From: Naegleria gruberi
Taxonomy: Eukaryota
Assembly: GCA_000004985.1 (NCBI GenBank)
Contig: GG739157.1
Reading direction: 5' to 3' (one strand)
Length of the DNA: 35,985 bases
In this document: in pieces, positions 19,401 through 31,400 of the stretch
Layout of the letters: every line of letters begins with the position of its first letter
Position numbering within the stretch: position 1 is the first letter of the stretch
Translations under genes and position numbers: made by a program
Notes under the pieces: model-generated
Database searches by the model: none
Told to the model about the DNA's origin: nothing
What the model saw: the letters and a program-made list of their open reading frames with translations, nothing else

Positions 19401-22400
19401 NNNNNNNNNNNNNNNNNNNNNNNNNNNNNNNNNNNNNNNNNNNNNNNNNNNNNNNNNNNNNNNNNNNNNNNNNNNNNNNNNNNNNNNNNNNNNNNNNNNN
19501 NNNNNNNNNNNNNNNNNNNNNNNNNNNNNNNNNNNNNNNNNNNNNNNNNNNNNNNNNNNNNNNNNNNNNNNNNNNNNNNNNNNNNNNNNNNNNNNNNNNN
19601 NNNNNNNNNNNNNNNNNNNNNNNNNNNNNNNNNNNNNNNNNNNNNNNNNNNNNNNNNNNNNNNNNNNNNNNNNNNNNNNNNNNNNNNNNNNNNNNNNNNN
19701 NNNNNNNNNNNNNNNNNNNNNNNNNNNNNNNNNNNNNNNNNNNNNNNNNNNNNNNNNNNNNNNNNNNNNNNNNNNNNNNNNNNNNNNNNNNNNNNNNNNN
19801 NNNNNNNNNNNNNNNNNNNNNNNNNNNNNNNNNNNNNNNNNNNNNNNNNNNNNNNNNNNNNNNNNNNNNNNNNNNNNNNNNNNNNNNNNNNNNNNNNNNN
19901 NNNNNNNNNNNNNNNNNNNNNNNNNNNNNNNNNNNNNNNNNNNNNNNNNNNNNNNNNNNNNNNNNNNNNNNNNNNNNNNNNNNNNNNNNNNNNNNNNNNN
20001 NNNNNNNNNNNNNNNNNNNNNNNNNNNNNNNNNNNNNNNNNNNNNNNNNNNNNNNNNNNNNNNNNNNNNNNNNNNNNNNNNNNNNNNNNNNNNNNNNNNN
20101 NNNNNNNNNNNNNNNNNNNNNNNNNNNNNNNNNNNNNNNNNNNNNNNNNNNNNNNNNNNNNNNNNNNNNNNNNNNNNNNNNNNNNNNNNNNNNNNNNNNN
20201 NNNNNNNNNNNNNNNNNNNNNNNNNNNNNNNNNNNNNNNNNNNNNNNNNNNNNNNNNNNNNNNNNNNNNNNNNNNNNNNNNNNNNNNNNNNNNNNNNNNN
20301 NNNNNNNNNNNNNNNNNNNNNNNNNNNNNNNNNNNNNNNNNNNNNNNNNNNNNNNNNNNNNNNNNNNNNNNNNNNNNNNNNNNNNNNNNNNNNNNNNNNN
20401 NNNNNNNNNNNNNNNNNNNNNNNNNNNNNNNNNNNNNNNNNNNNNNNNNNNNNNNNNNNNNNNNNNNNNNNNNNNNNNNNNNNNNNNNNNNNNNNNNNNN
20501 NNNNNNNNNNNNNNNNNNNNNNNNNNNNNNNNNNNNNNNNNNNNNNNNNNNNNNNNNNNNNNNNNNNNNNNNNNNNNNNNNNNNNNNNNNNNNNNNNNNN
20601 NNNNNNNNNNNNNNNNNNNNNNNNNNNNNNNNNNNNNNNNNNNNNNNNNNNNNNNNNNNNNNNNNNNNNNNNNNNNNNNNNNNNNNNNNNNNNNNNNNNN
20701 NNNNNNNNNNNNNNNNNNNNNNNNNNNNNNNNNNNNNNNNNNNNNNNNNNNNNNNNNNNNNNNNNNNNNNNNNNNNNNNNNNNNNNNNNNNNNNNNNNNN
20801 NNNNNNNNNNNNNNNNNNNNNNNNNNNNNNNNNNNNNNNNNNNNNNNNNNNNNNNNNNNNNNNNNNNNNNNNNNNNNNNNNNNNNNNNNNNNNNNNNNNN
20901 NNNNNNNNNNNNNNNNNNNNNNNNNNNNNNNNNNNNNNNNNNNNNNNNNNNNNNNNNNNNNNNNNNNNNNNNNNNNNNNNNNNNNNNNNNNNNNNNNNNN
21001 NNNNNNNNNNNNNNNNNNNNNNNNNNNNNNNNNNNNNNNNNNNNNNNNNNNNNNNNNNNNNNNNNNNNNNNNNNNNNNNNNNNNNNNNNNNNNNNNNNNN
21101 NNNNNNNNNNNNNNNNNNNNNNNNNNNNNNNNNNNNNNNNNNNNNNNNNNNNNNNNNNNNNNNNNNNNNNNNNNNNNNNNNNNNNNNNNNNNNNNNNNNN
21201 NNNNNNNNNNNNNNNNNNNNNNNNNNNNNNNNNNNNNNNNNNNNNNNNNNNNNNNNNNNNNNNNNNNNNNNNNNNNNNNNNNNNNNNNNNNNNNNNNNNN
21301 NNNNNNNNNNNNNNNNNNNNNNNNNNNNNNNNNNNNNNNNNNNNNNNNNNNNNNNNNNNNNNNNNNNNNNNNNNNNNNNNNNNNNNNNNNNNNNNNNNNN
21401 NNNNNNNNNNNNNNNNNNNNNNNNNNNNNNNNNNNNNNNNNNNNNNNNNNNNNNNNNNNNNNNNNNNNNNNNNNNNNNNNNNNNNNNNNNNNNNNNNNNN
21501 NNNNNNNNNNNNNNNNNNNNNNNNNNNNNNNNNNNNNNNNNNNNNNNNNNNNNNNNNNNNNNNNNNNNNNNNNNNNNNNNNNNNNNNNNNNNNNNNNNNN
21601 NNNNNNNNNNNNNNNNNNNNNNNNNNNNNNNNNNNNNNNNNNNNNNNNNNNNNNNNNNNNNNNNNNNNNNNNNNNNNNNNNNNNNNNNNNNNNNNNNNNN
21701 NNNNNNNNNNNNNNNNNNNNNNNNNNNNNNNNNNNNNNNNNNNNNNNNNNNNNNNNNNNNNNNNNNNNNNNNNNNNNNNNNNNNNNNNNNNNNNNNNNNN
21801 NNNNNNNNNNNNNNNNNNNNNNNNNNNNNNNNNNNNNNNNNNNNNNNNNNNNNNNNNNNNNNNNNNNNNNNNNNNNNNNNNNNNNNNNNNNNNNNNNNNN
21901 NNNNNNNNNNNNNNNNNNNNNNNNNNNNNNNNNNNNNNNNNNNNNNNNNNNNNNNNNNNNNNNNNNNNNNNNNNNNNNNNNNNNNNNNNNNNNNNNNNNN
22001 NNNNNNNNNNNNNNNNNNNNNNNNNNNNNNNNNNNNNNNNNNNNNNNNNNNNNNNNNNNNNNNNNNNNNNNNNNNNNNNNNNNNNNNNNNNNNNNNNNNN
22101 NNNNNNNNNNNNNNNNNNNNNNNNNNNNNNNNNNNNNNNNNNNNNNNNNNNNNNNNNNNNNNNNNNNNNNNNNNNNNNNNNNNNNNNNNNNNNNNNNNNN
22201 NNNNNNNNNNNNNNNNNNNNNNNNNNNNNNNNNNNNNNNNNNNNNNNNNNNNNNNNNNNNNNNNNNNNNNNNNNNNNNNNNNNNNNNNNNNNNNNNNNNN
22301 NNNNNNNNNNNNNNNNNNNNNNNNNNNNNNNNNNNNNNNNNNNNNNNNNNNNNNNNNNNNNNNNNNNNNNNNNNNNNNNNNNNNNNNNNNNNNNNNNNNN

Positions 22401-25400
22401 NNNNNNNNNNNNNNNNNNNNNNNNNNNNNNNNNNNNNNNNNNNNNNNNNNNNNNNNNNNNNNNNNNNNNNNNNNNNNNNNNNNNNNNNNNNNNNNNNNNN
22501 NNNNNNNNNNNNNNNNNNNNNNNNNNNNNNNNNNNNNNNNNNNNNNNNNNNNNNNNNNNNNNNNNNNNNNNNNNNNNNNNNNNNNNNNNNNNNNNNNNNN
22601 NNNNNNNNNNNNNNNNNNNNNNNNNNNNNNNNNNNNNNNNNNNNNNNNNNNNNNNNNNNNNNNNNNNNNNNNNNNNNNNNNNNNNNNNNNNNNNNNNNNN
22701 NNNNNNNNNNNNNNNNNNNNNNNNNNNNNNNNNNNNNNNNNNNNNNNNNNNNNNNNNNNNNNNNNNNNNNNNNNNNNNNNNNNNNNNNNNNNNNNNNNNN
22801 NNNNNNNNNNNNNNNNNNNNNNNNNNNNNNNNNNNNNNNNNNNNNNNNNNNNNNNNNNNNNNNNNNNNNNNNNNNNNNNNNNNNNNNNNNNNNNNNNNNN
22901 NNNNNNNNNNNNNNNNNNNNNNNNNNNNNNNNNNNNNNNNNNNNNNNNNNNNNNNNNNNNNNNNNNNNNNNNNNNNNNNNNNNNNNNNNNNNNNNNNNNN
23001 NNNNNNNNNNNNNNNNNNNNNNNNNNNNNNNNNNNNNNNNNNNNNNNNNNNNNNNNNNNNNNNNNNNNNNNNNNNNNNNNNNNNNNNNNNNNNNNNNNNN
23101 NNNNNNNNNNNNNNNNNNNNNNNNNNNNNNNNNNNNNNNNNNNNNNNNNNNNNNNNNNNNNNNNNNNNNNNNNNNNNNNNNNNNNNNNNNNNNNNNNNNN
23201 NNNNNNNNNNNNNNNNNNNNNNNNNNNNNNNNNNNNNNNNNNNNNNNNNNNNNNNNNNNNNNNNNNNNNNNNNNNNNNNNNNNNNNNNNNNNNNNNNNNN
23301 NNNNNNNNNNNNNNNNNNNNNNNNNNNNNNNNNNNNNNNNNNNNNNNNNNNNNNNNNNNNNNNNNNNNNNNNNNNNNNNNNNNNNNNNNNNNNNNNNNNN
23401 NNNNNNNNNNNNNNNNNNNNNNNNNNNNNNNNNNNNNNNNNNNNNNNNNNNNNNNNNNNNNNNNNNNNNNNNNNNNNNNNNNNNNNNNNNNNNNNNNNNN
23501 NNNNNNNNNNNNNNNNNNNNNNNNNNNNNNNNNNNNNNNNNNNNNNNNNNNNNNNNNNNNNNNNNNNNNNNNNNNNNNNNNNNNNNNNNNNNNNNNNNNN
23601 NNNNNNNNNNNNNNNNNNNNNNNNNNNNNNNNNNNNNNNNNNNNNNNNNNNNNNNNNNNNNNNNNNNNNNNNNNNNNNNNNNNNNNNNNNNNNNNNNNNN
23701 NNNNNNNNNNNNNNNNNNNNNNNNNNNNNNNNNNNNNNNNNNNNNNNNNNNNNNNNNNNNNNNNNNNNNNNNNNNNNNNNNNNNNNNNNNNNNNNNNNNN
23801 NNNNNNNNNNNNNNNNNNNNNNNNNNNNNNNNNNNNNNNNNNNNNNNNNNNNNNNNNNNNNNNNNNNNNNNNNNNNNNNNNNNNNNNNNNNNNNNNNNNN
23901 NNNNNNNNNNNNNNNNNNNNNNNNNNNNNNNNNNNNNNNNNNNNNNNNNNNNNNNNNNNNNNNNNNNNNNNNNNNNNNNNNNNNNNNNNNNNNNNNNNNN
24001 NNNNNNNNNNNNNNNNNNNNNNNNNNNNNNNNNNNNNNNNNNNNNNNNNNNNNNNNNNNNNNNNNNNNNNNNNNNNNNNNNNNNNNNNNNNNNNNNNNNN
24101 NNNNNNNNNNNNNNNNNNNNNNNNNNNNNNNNNNNNNNNNNNNNNNNNNNNNNNNNNNNNNNNNNNNNNNNNNNNNNNNNNNNNNNNNNNNNNNNNNNNN
24201 NNNNNNNNNNNNNNNNNNNNNNNNNNNNNNNNNNNNNNNNNNNNNNNNNNNNNNNNNNNNNNNNNNNNNNNNNNNNNNNNNNNNNNNNNNNNNNNNNNNN
24301 NNNNNNNNNNNNNNNNNNNNNNNNNNNNNNNNNNNNNNNNNNNNNNNNNNNNNNNNNNNNNNNNNNNNNNNNNNNNNNNNNNNNNNNNNNNNNNNNNNNN
24401 NNNNNNNNNNNNNNNNNNNNNNNNNNNNNNNNNNNNNNNNNNNNNNNNNNNNNNNNNNNNNNNNNNNNNNNNNNNNNNNNNNNNNNNNNNNNNNNNNNNN
24501 NNNNNNNNNNNNNNNNNNNNNNNNNNNNNNNNNNNNNNNNNNNNNNNNNNNNNNNNNNNNNNNNNNNNNNNNNNNNNNNNNNNNNNNNNNNNNNNNNNNN
24601 NNNNNNNNNNNNNNNNNNNNNNNNNNNNNNNNNNNNNNNNNNNNNNNNNNNNNNNNNNNNNNNNNNNNNNNNNNNNNNNNNNNNNNNNNNNNNNNNNNNN
24701 NNNNNNNNNNNNNNNNNNNNNNNNNNNNNNNNNNNNNNNNNNNNNNNNNNNNNNNNNNNNNNNNNNNNNNNNNNNNNNNNNNNNNNNNNNNNNNNNNNNN
24801 NNNNNNNNNNNNNNNNNNNNNNNNNNNNNNNNNNNNNNNNNNNNNNNNNNNNNNNNNNNNNNNNNNNNNNNNNNNNNNNNNNNNNNNNNNNNNNNNNNNN
24901 NNNNNNNNNNNNNNNNNNNNNNNNNNNNNNNNNNNNNNNNNNNNNNNNNNNNNNNNNNNNNNNNNNNNNNNNNNNNNNNNNNNNNNNNNNNNNNNNNNNN
25001 NNNNNNNNNNNNNNNNNNNNNNNNNNNNNNNNNNNNNNNNNNNNNNNNNNNNNNNNNNNNNNNNNNNNNNNNNNNNNNNNNNNNNNNNNNNNNNNNNNNN
25101 NNNNNNNNNNNNNNNNNNNNNNNNNNNNNNNNNNNNNNNNNNNNNNNNNNNNNNNNNNNNNNNNNNNNNNNNNNNNNNNNNNNNNNNNNNNNNNNNNNNN
25201 NNNNNNNNNNNNNNNNNNNNNNNNNNNNNNNNNNNNNNNNNNNNNNNNNNNNNNNNNNNNNNNNNNNNNNNNNNNNNNNNNNNNNNNNNNNNNNNNNNNN
25301 NNNNNNNNNNNNNNNNNNNNNNNNNNNNNNNNNNNNNNNNNNNNNNNNNNNNNNNNNNNNNNNNNNNNNNNNNNNNNNNNNNNNNNNNNNNNNNNNNNNN

Positions 25401-28400
25401 NNNNNNNNNNNNNNNNNNNNNNNNNNNNNNNNNNNNNNNNNNNNNNNNNNNNNNNNNNNNNNNNNNNNNNNNNNNNNNNNNNNNNNNNNNNNNNNNNNNN
25501 NNNNNNNNNNNNNNNNNNNNNNNNNNNNNNNNNNNNNNNNNNNNNNNNNNNNNNNNNNNNNNNNNNNNNNNNNNNNNNNNNNNNNNNNNNNNNNNNNNNN
25601 NNNNNNNNNNNNNNNNNNNNNNNNNNNNNNNNNNNNNNNNNNNNNNNNNNNNNNNNNNNNNNNNNNNNNNNNNNNNNNNNNNNNNNNNNNNNNNNNNNNN
25701 NNNNNNNNNNNNNNNNNNNNNNNNNNNNNNNNNNNNNNNNNNNNNNNNNNNNNNNNNNNNNNNNNNNNNNNNNNNNNNNNNNNNNNNNNNNNNNNNNNNN
25801 NNNNNNNNNNNNNNNNNNNNNNNNNNNNNNNNNNNNNNNNNNNNNNNNNNNNNNNNNNNNNNNNNNNNNNNNNNNNNNNNNNNNNNNNNNNNNNNNNNNN
25901 NNNNNNNNNNNNNNNNNNNNNNNNNNNNNNNNNNNNNNNNNNNNNNNNNNNNNNNNNNNNNNNNNNNNNNNNNNNNNNNNNNNNNNNNNNNNNNNNNNNN
26001 NNNNNNNNNNNNNNNNNNNNNNNNNNNNNNNNNNNNNNNNNNNNNNNNNNNNNNNNNNNNNNNNNNNNNNNNNNNNNNNNNNNNNNNNNNNNNNNNNNNN
26101 NNNNNNNNNNNNNNNNNNNNNNNNNNNNNNNNNNNNNNNNNNNNNNNNNNNNNNNNNNNNNNNNNNNNNNNNNNNNNNNNNNNNNNNNNNNNNNNNNNNN
26201 NNNNNNNNNNNNNNNNNNNNNNNNNNNNNNNNNNNNNNNNNNNNNNNNNNNNNNNNNNNNNNNNNNNNNNNNNNNNNNNNNNNNNNNNNNNNNNNNNNNN
26301 NNNNNNNNNNNNNNNNNNNNNNNNNNNNNNNNNNNNNNNNNNNNNNNNNNNNNNNNNNNNNNNNNNNNNNNNNNNNNNNNNNNNNNNNNNNNNNNNNNNN
26401 NNNNNNNNNNNNNNNNNNNNNNNNNNNNNNNNNNNNNNNNNNNNNNNNNNNNNNNNNNNNNNNNNNNNNNNNNNNNNNNNNNNNNNNNNNNNNNNNNNNN
26501 NNNNNNNNNNNNNNNNNNNNNNNNNNNNNNNNNNNNNNNNNNNNNNNNNNNNNNNNNNNNNNNNNNNNNNNNNNNNNNNNNNNNNNNNNNNNNNNNNNNN
26601 NNNNNNNNNNNNNNNNNNNNNNNNNNNNNNNNNNNNNNNNNNNNNNNNNNNNNNNNNNNNNNNNNNNNNNNNNNNNNNNNNNNNNNNNNNNNNNNNNNNN
26701 NNNNNNNNNNNNNNNNNNNNNNNNNNNNNNNNNNNNNNNNNNNNNNNNNNNNNNNNNNNNNNNNNNNNNNNNNNNNNNNNNNNNNNNNNNNNNNNNNNNN
26801 NNNNNNNNNNNNNNNNNNNNNNNNNNNNNNNNNNNNNNNNNNNNNNNNNNNNNNNNNNNNNNNNNNNNNNNNNNNNNNNNNNNNNNNNNNNNNNNNNNNN
26901 NNNNNNNNNNNNNNNNNNNNNNNNNNNNNNNNNNNNNNNNNNNNNNNNNNNNNNNNNNNNNNNNNNNNNNNNNNNNNNNNNNNNNNNNNNNNNNNNNNNN
27001 NNNNNNNNNNNNNNNNNNNNNNNNNNNNNNNNNNNNNNNNNNNNNNNNNNNNNNNNNNNNNNNNNNNNNNNNNNNNNNNNNNNNNNNNNNNNNNNNNNNN
27101 NNNNNNNNNNNNNNNNNNNNNNNNNNNNNNNNNNNNNNNNNNNNNNNNNNNNNNNNNNNNNNNNNNNNNNNNNNNNNNNNNNNNNNNNNNNNNNNNNNNN
27201 NNNNNNNNNNNNNNNNNNNNNNNNNNNNNNNNNNNNNNNNNNNNNNNNNNNNNNNNNNNNNNNNNNNNNNNNNNNNNNNNNNNNNNNNNNNNNNNNNNNN
27301 NNNNNNNNNNNNNNNNNNNNNNNNNNNNNNNNNNNNNNNNNNNNNNNNNNNNNNNNNNNNNNNNNNNNNNNNNNNNNNNNNNNNNNNNNNNNNNNNNNNN
27401 NNNNNNNNNNNNNNNNNNNNNNNNNNNNNNNNNNNNNNNNNNNNNNNNNNNNNNNNNNNNNNNNNNNNNNNNNNNNNNNNNNNNNNNNNNNNNNNNNNNN
27501 NNNNNNNNNNNNNNNNNNNNNNNNNNNNNNNNNNNNNNNNNNNNNNNNNNNNNNNNNNNNNNNNNNNNNNNNNNNNNNNNNNNNNNNNNNNNNNNNNNNN
27601 NNNNNNNNNNNNNNNNNNNNNNNNNNNNNNNNNNNNNNNNNNNNNNNNNNNNNNNNNNNNNNNNNNNNNNNNNNNNNNNNNNNNNNNNNNNNNNNNNNNN
27701 NNNNNNNNNNNNNNNNNNNNNNNNNNNNNNNNNNNNNNNNNNNNNNNNNNNNNNNNNNNNNNNNNNNNNNNNNNNNNNNNNNNNNNNNNNNNNNNNNNNN
27801 NNNNNNNNNNNNNNNNNNNNNNNNNNNNNNNNNNNNNNNNNNNNNNNNNNNNNNNNNNNNNNNNNNNNNNNNNNNNNNNNNNNNNNNNNNNNNNNNNNNN
27901 NNNNNNNNNNNNNNNNNNNNNNNNNNNNNNNNNNNNNNNNNNNNNNNNNNNNNNNNNNNNNNNNNNNNNNNNNNNNNNNNNNNNNNNNNNNNNNNNNNNN
28001 NNNNNNNNNNNNNNNNNNNNNNNNNNNNNNNNNNNNNNNNNNNNNNNNNNNNNNNNNNNNNNNNNNNNNNNNNNNNNNNNNNNNNNNNNNNNNNNNNNNN
28101 NNNNNNNNNNNNNNNNNNNNNNNNNNNNNNNNNNNNNNNNNNNNNNNNNNNNNNNNNNNNNNNNNNNNNNNNNNNNNNNNNNNNNNNNNNNNNNNNNNNN
28201 NNNNNNNNNNNNNNNNNNNNNNNNNNNNNNNNNNNNNNNNNNNNNNNNNNNNNNNNNNNNNNNNNNNNNNNNNNNNNNNNNNNNNNNNNNNNNNNNNNNN
28301 NNNNNNNNNNNNNNNNNNNNNNNNNNNNNNNNNNNNNNNNNNNNNNNNNNNNNNNNNNNNNNNNNNNNNNNNNNNNNNNNNNNNNNNNNNNNNNNNNNNN

Positions 28401-31400
28401 NNNNNNNNNNNNNNNNNNNNNNNNNNNNNNNNNNNNNNNNNNNNNNNNNNNNNNNNNNNNNNNNNNNNNNNNNNNNNNNNNNNNNNNNNNNNNNNNNNNN
28501 NNNNNNNNNNNNNNNNNNNNNNNNNNNNNNNNNNNNNNNNNNNNNNNNNNNNNNNNNNNNNNNNNNNNNNNNNNNNNNNNNNNNNNNNNNNNNNNNNNNN
28601 NNNNNNNNNNNNNNNNNNNNNNNNNNNNNNNNNNNNNNNNNNNNNNNNNNNNNNNNNNNNNNNNNNNNNNNNNNNNNNNNNNNNNNNNNNNNNNNNNNNN
28701 NNNNNNNNNNNNNNNNNNNNNNNNNNNNNNNNNNNNNNNNNNNNNNNNNNNNNNNNNNNNNNNNNNNNNNNNNNNNNNNNNNNNNNNNNNNNNNNNNNNN
28801 NNNNNNNNNNNNNNNNNNNNNNNNNNNNNNNNNNNNNNNNNNNNNNNNNNNNNNNNNNNNNNNNNNNNNNNNNNNNNNNNNNNNNNNNNNNNNNNNNNNN
28901 NNNNNNNNNNNNNNNNNNNNNNNNNNNNNNNNNNNNNNNNNNNNNNNNNNNNNNNNNNNNNNNNNNNNNNNNNNNNNNNNNNNNNNNNNNNNNNNNNNNN
29001 NNNNNNNNNNNNNNNNNNNNNNNNNNNNNNNNNNNNNNNNNNNNNNNNNNNNNNNNNNNNNNNNNNNNNNNNNNNNNNNNNNNNNNNNNNNNNNNNNNNN
29101 NNNNNNNNNNNNNNNNNNNNNNNNNNNNNNNNNNNNNNNNNNNNNNNNNNNNNNNNNNNNNNNNNNNNNNNNNNNNNNNNNNNNNNNNNNNNNNNNNNNN
29201 NNNNNNNNNNNNNNNNNNNNNNNNNNNNNNNNNNNNNNNNNNNNNNNNNNNNNNNNNNNNNNNNNNNNNNNNNNNNNNNNNNNNNNNNNNNNNNNNNNNN
29301 NNNNNNNNNNNNNNNNNNNNNNNNNNNNNNNNNNNNNNNNNNNNNNNNNNNNNNNNNNNNNNNNNNNNNNNNNNNNNNNNNNNNNNNNNNNNNNNNNNNN
29401 NNNNNNNNNNNNNNNNNNNNNNNNNNNNNNNNNNNNNNNNNNNNNNNNNNNNNNNNNNNNNNNNNNNNNNNNNNNNNNNNNNNNNNNNNNNNNNNNNNNN
29501 NNNNNNNNNNNNNNNNNNNNNNNNNNNNNNNNNNNNNNNNNNNNNNNNNNNNNNNNNNNNNNNNNNNNNNNNNNNNNNNNNNNNNNNNNNNNNNNNNNNN
29601 NNNNNNNNNNNNNNNNNNNNNNNNNNNNNNNNNNNNNNNNNNNNNNNNNNNNNNNNNNNNNNNNNNNNNNNNNNNNNNNNNNNNNNNNNNNNNNNNNNNN
29701 NNNNNNNNNNNNNNNNNNNNNNNNNNNNNNNNNNNNNNNNNNNNNNNNNNNNNNNNNNNNNNNNNNNNNNNNNNNNNNNNNNNNNNNNNNNNNNNNNNNN
29801 NNNNNNNNNNNNNNNNNNNNNNNNNNNNNNNNNNNNNNNNNNNNNNNNNNNNNNNNNNNNNNNNNNNNNNNNNNNNNNNNNNNNNNNNNNNNNNNNNNNN
29901 NNNNNNNNNNNNNNNNNNNNNNNNNNNNNNNNNNNNNNNNNNNNNNNNNNNNNNNNNNNNNNNNNNNNNNNNNNNNNNNNNNNNNNNNNNNNNNNNNNNN
30001 NNNNNNNNNNNNNNNNNNNNNNNNNNNNNNNNNNNNNNNNNNNNNNNNNNNNNNNNNNNNNNNNNNNNNNNNNNNNNNNNNNNNNNNNNNNNNNNNNNNN
30101 NNNNNNNNNNNNNNNNNNNNNNNNNNNNNNNNNNNNNNNNNNNNNNNNNNNNNNNNNNNNNNNNNNNNNNNNNNNNNNNNNNNNNNNNNNNNNNNNNNNN
30201 NNNNNNNNNNNNNNNNNNNNNNNNNNNNNNNNNNNNNNNNNNNNNNNNNNNNNNNNNNNNNNNNNNNNNNNNNNNNNNNNNNNNNNNNNNNNNNNNNNNN
30301 NNNNNNNNNNNNNNNNNNNNNNNNNNNNNNNNNNNNNNNNNNNNNNNNNNNNNNNNNNNNNNNNNNNNNNNNNNNNNNNNNNNNNNNNNNNNNNNNNNNN
30401 NNNNNNNNNNNNNNNNNNNNNNNNNNNNNNNNNNNNNNNNNNNNNNNNNNNNNNNNNNNNNNNNNNNNNNNNNNNNNNNNNNNNNNNNNNNNNNNNNNNN
30501 NNNNNNNNNNNNNNNNNNNNNNNNNNNNNNNNNNNNNNNNNNNNNNNNNNNNNNNNNNNNNNNNNNNNNNNNNNNNNNNNNNNNNNNNNNNNNNNNNNNN
30601 NNNNNNNNNNNNNNNNNNNNNNNNNNNNNNNNNNNNNNNNNNNNNNNNNNNNNNNNNNNNNNNNNNNNNNNNNNNNNNNNNNNNNNNNNNNNNNNNNNNN
30701 NNNNNNNNNNNNNNNNNNNNNNNNNNNNNNNNNNNNNNNNNNNNNNNNNNNNNNNNNNNNNNNNNNNNNNNNNNNNNNNNNNNNNNNNNNNNNNNNNNNN
30801 NNNNNNNNNNNNNNNNNNNNNNNNNNNNNNNNNNNNNNNNNNNNNNNNNNNNNNNNNNNNNNNNNNNNNNNNNNNNNNNNNNNNNNNNNNNNNNNNNNNN
30901 NNNNNNNNNNNNNNNNNNNNNNNNNNNNNNNNNNNNNNNNNNNNNNNNNNNNNNNNNNNNNNNNNNNNNNNNNNNNNNNNNNNNNNNNNNNNNNNNNNNN
31001 NNNNNNNNNNNNNNNNNNNNNNNNNNNNNNNNNNNNNNNNNNNNNNNNNNNNNNNNNNNNNNNNNNNNNNNNNNNNNNNNNNNNNNNNNNNNNNNNNNNN
31101 NNNNNNNNNNNNNNNNNNNNNNNNNNNNNNNNNNNNNNNNNNNNNNNNNNNNNNNNNNNNNNNNNNNNNNNNNNNNNNNNNNNNNNNNNNNNNNNNNNNN
31201 NNNNNNNNNNNNNNNNNNNNNNNNNNNNNNNNNNNNNNNNNNNNNNNNNNNNNNNNNNNNNNNNNNNNNNNNNNNNNNNNNNNNNNNNNNNNNNNNNNNN
31301 NNNNNNNNNNNNNNNNNNNNNNNNNNNNNNNNNNNNNNNNNNNNNNNNNNNNNNNNNNNNNNNNNNNNNNNNNNNNNNNNNNNNNNNNNNNNNNNNNNNN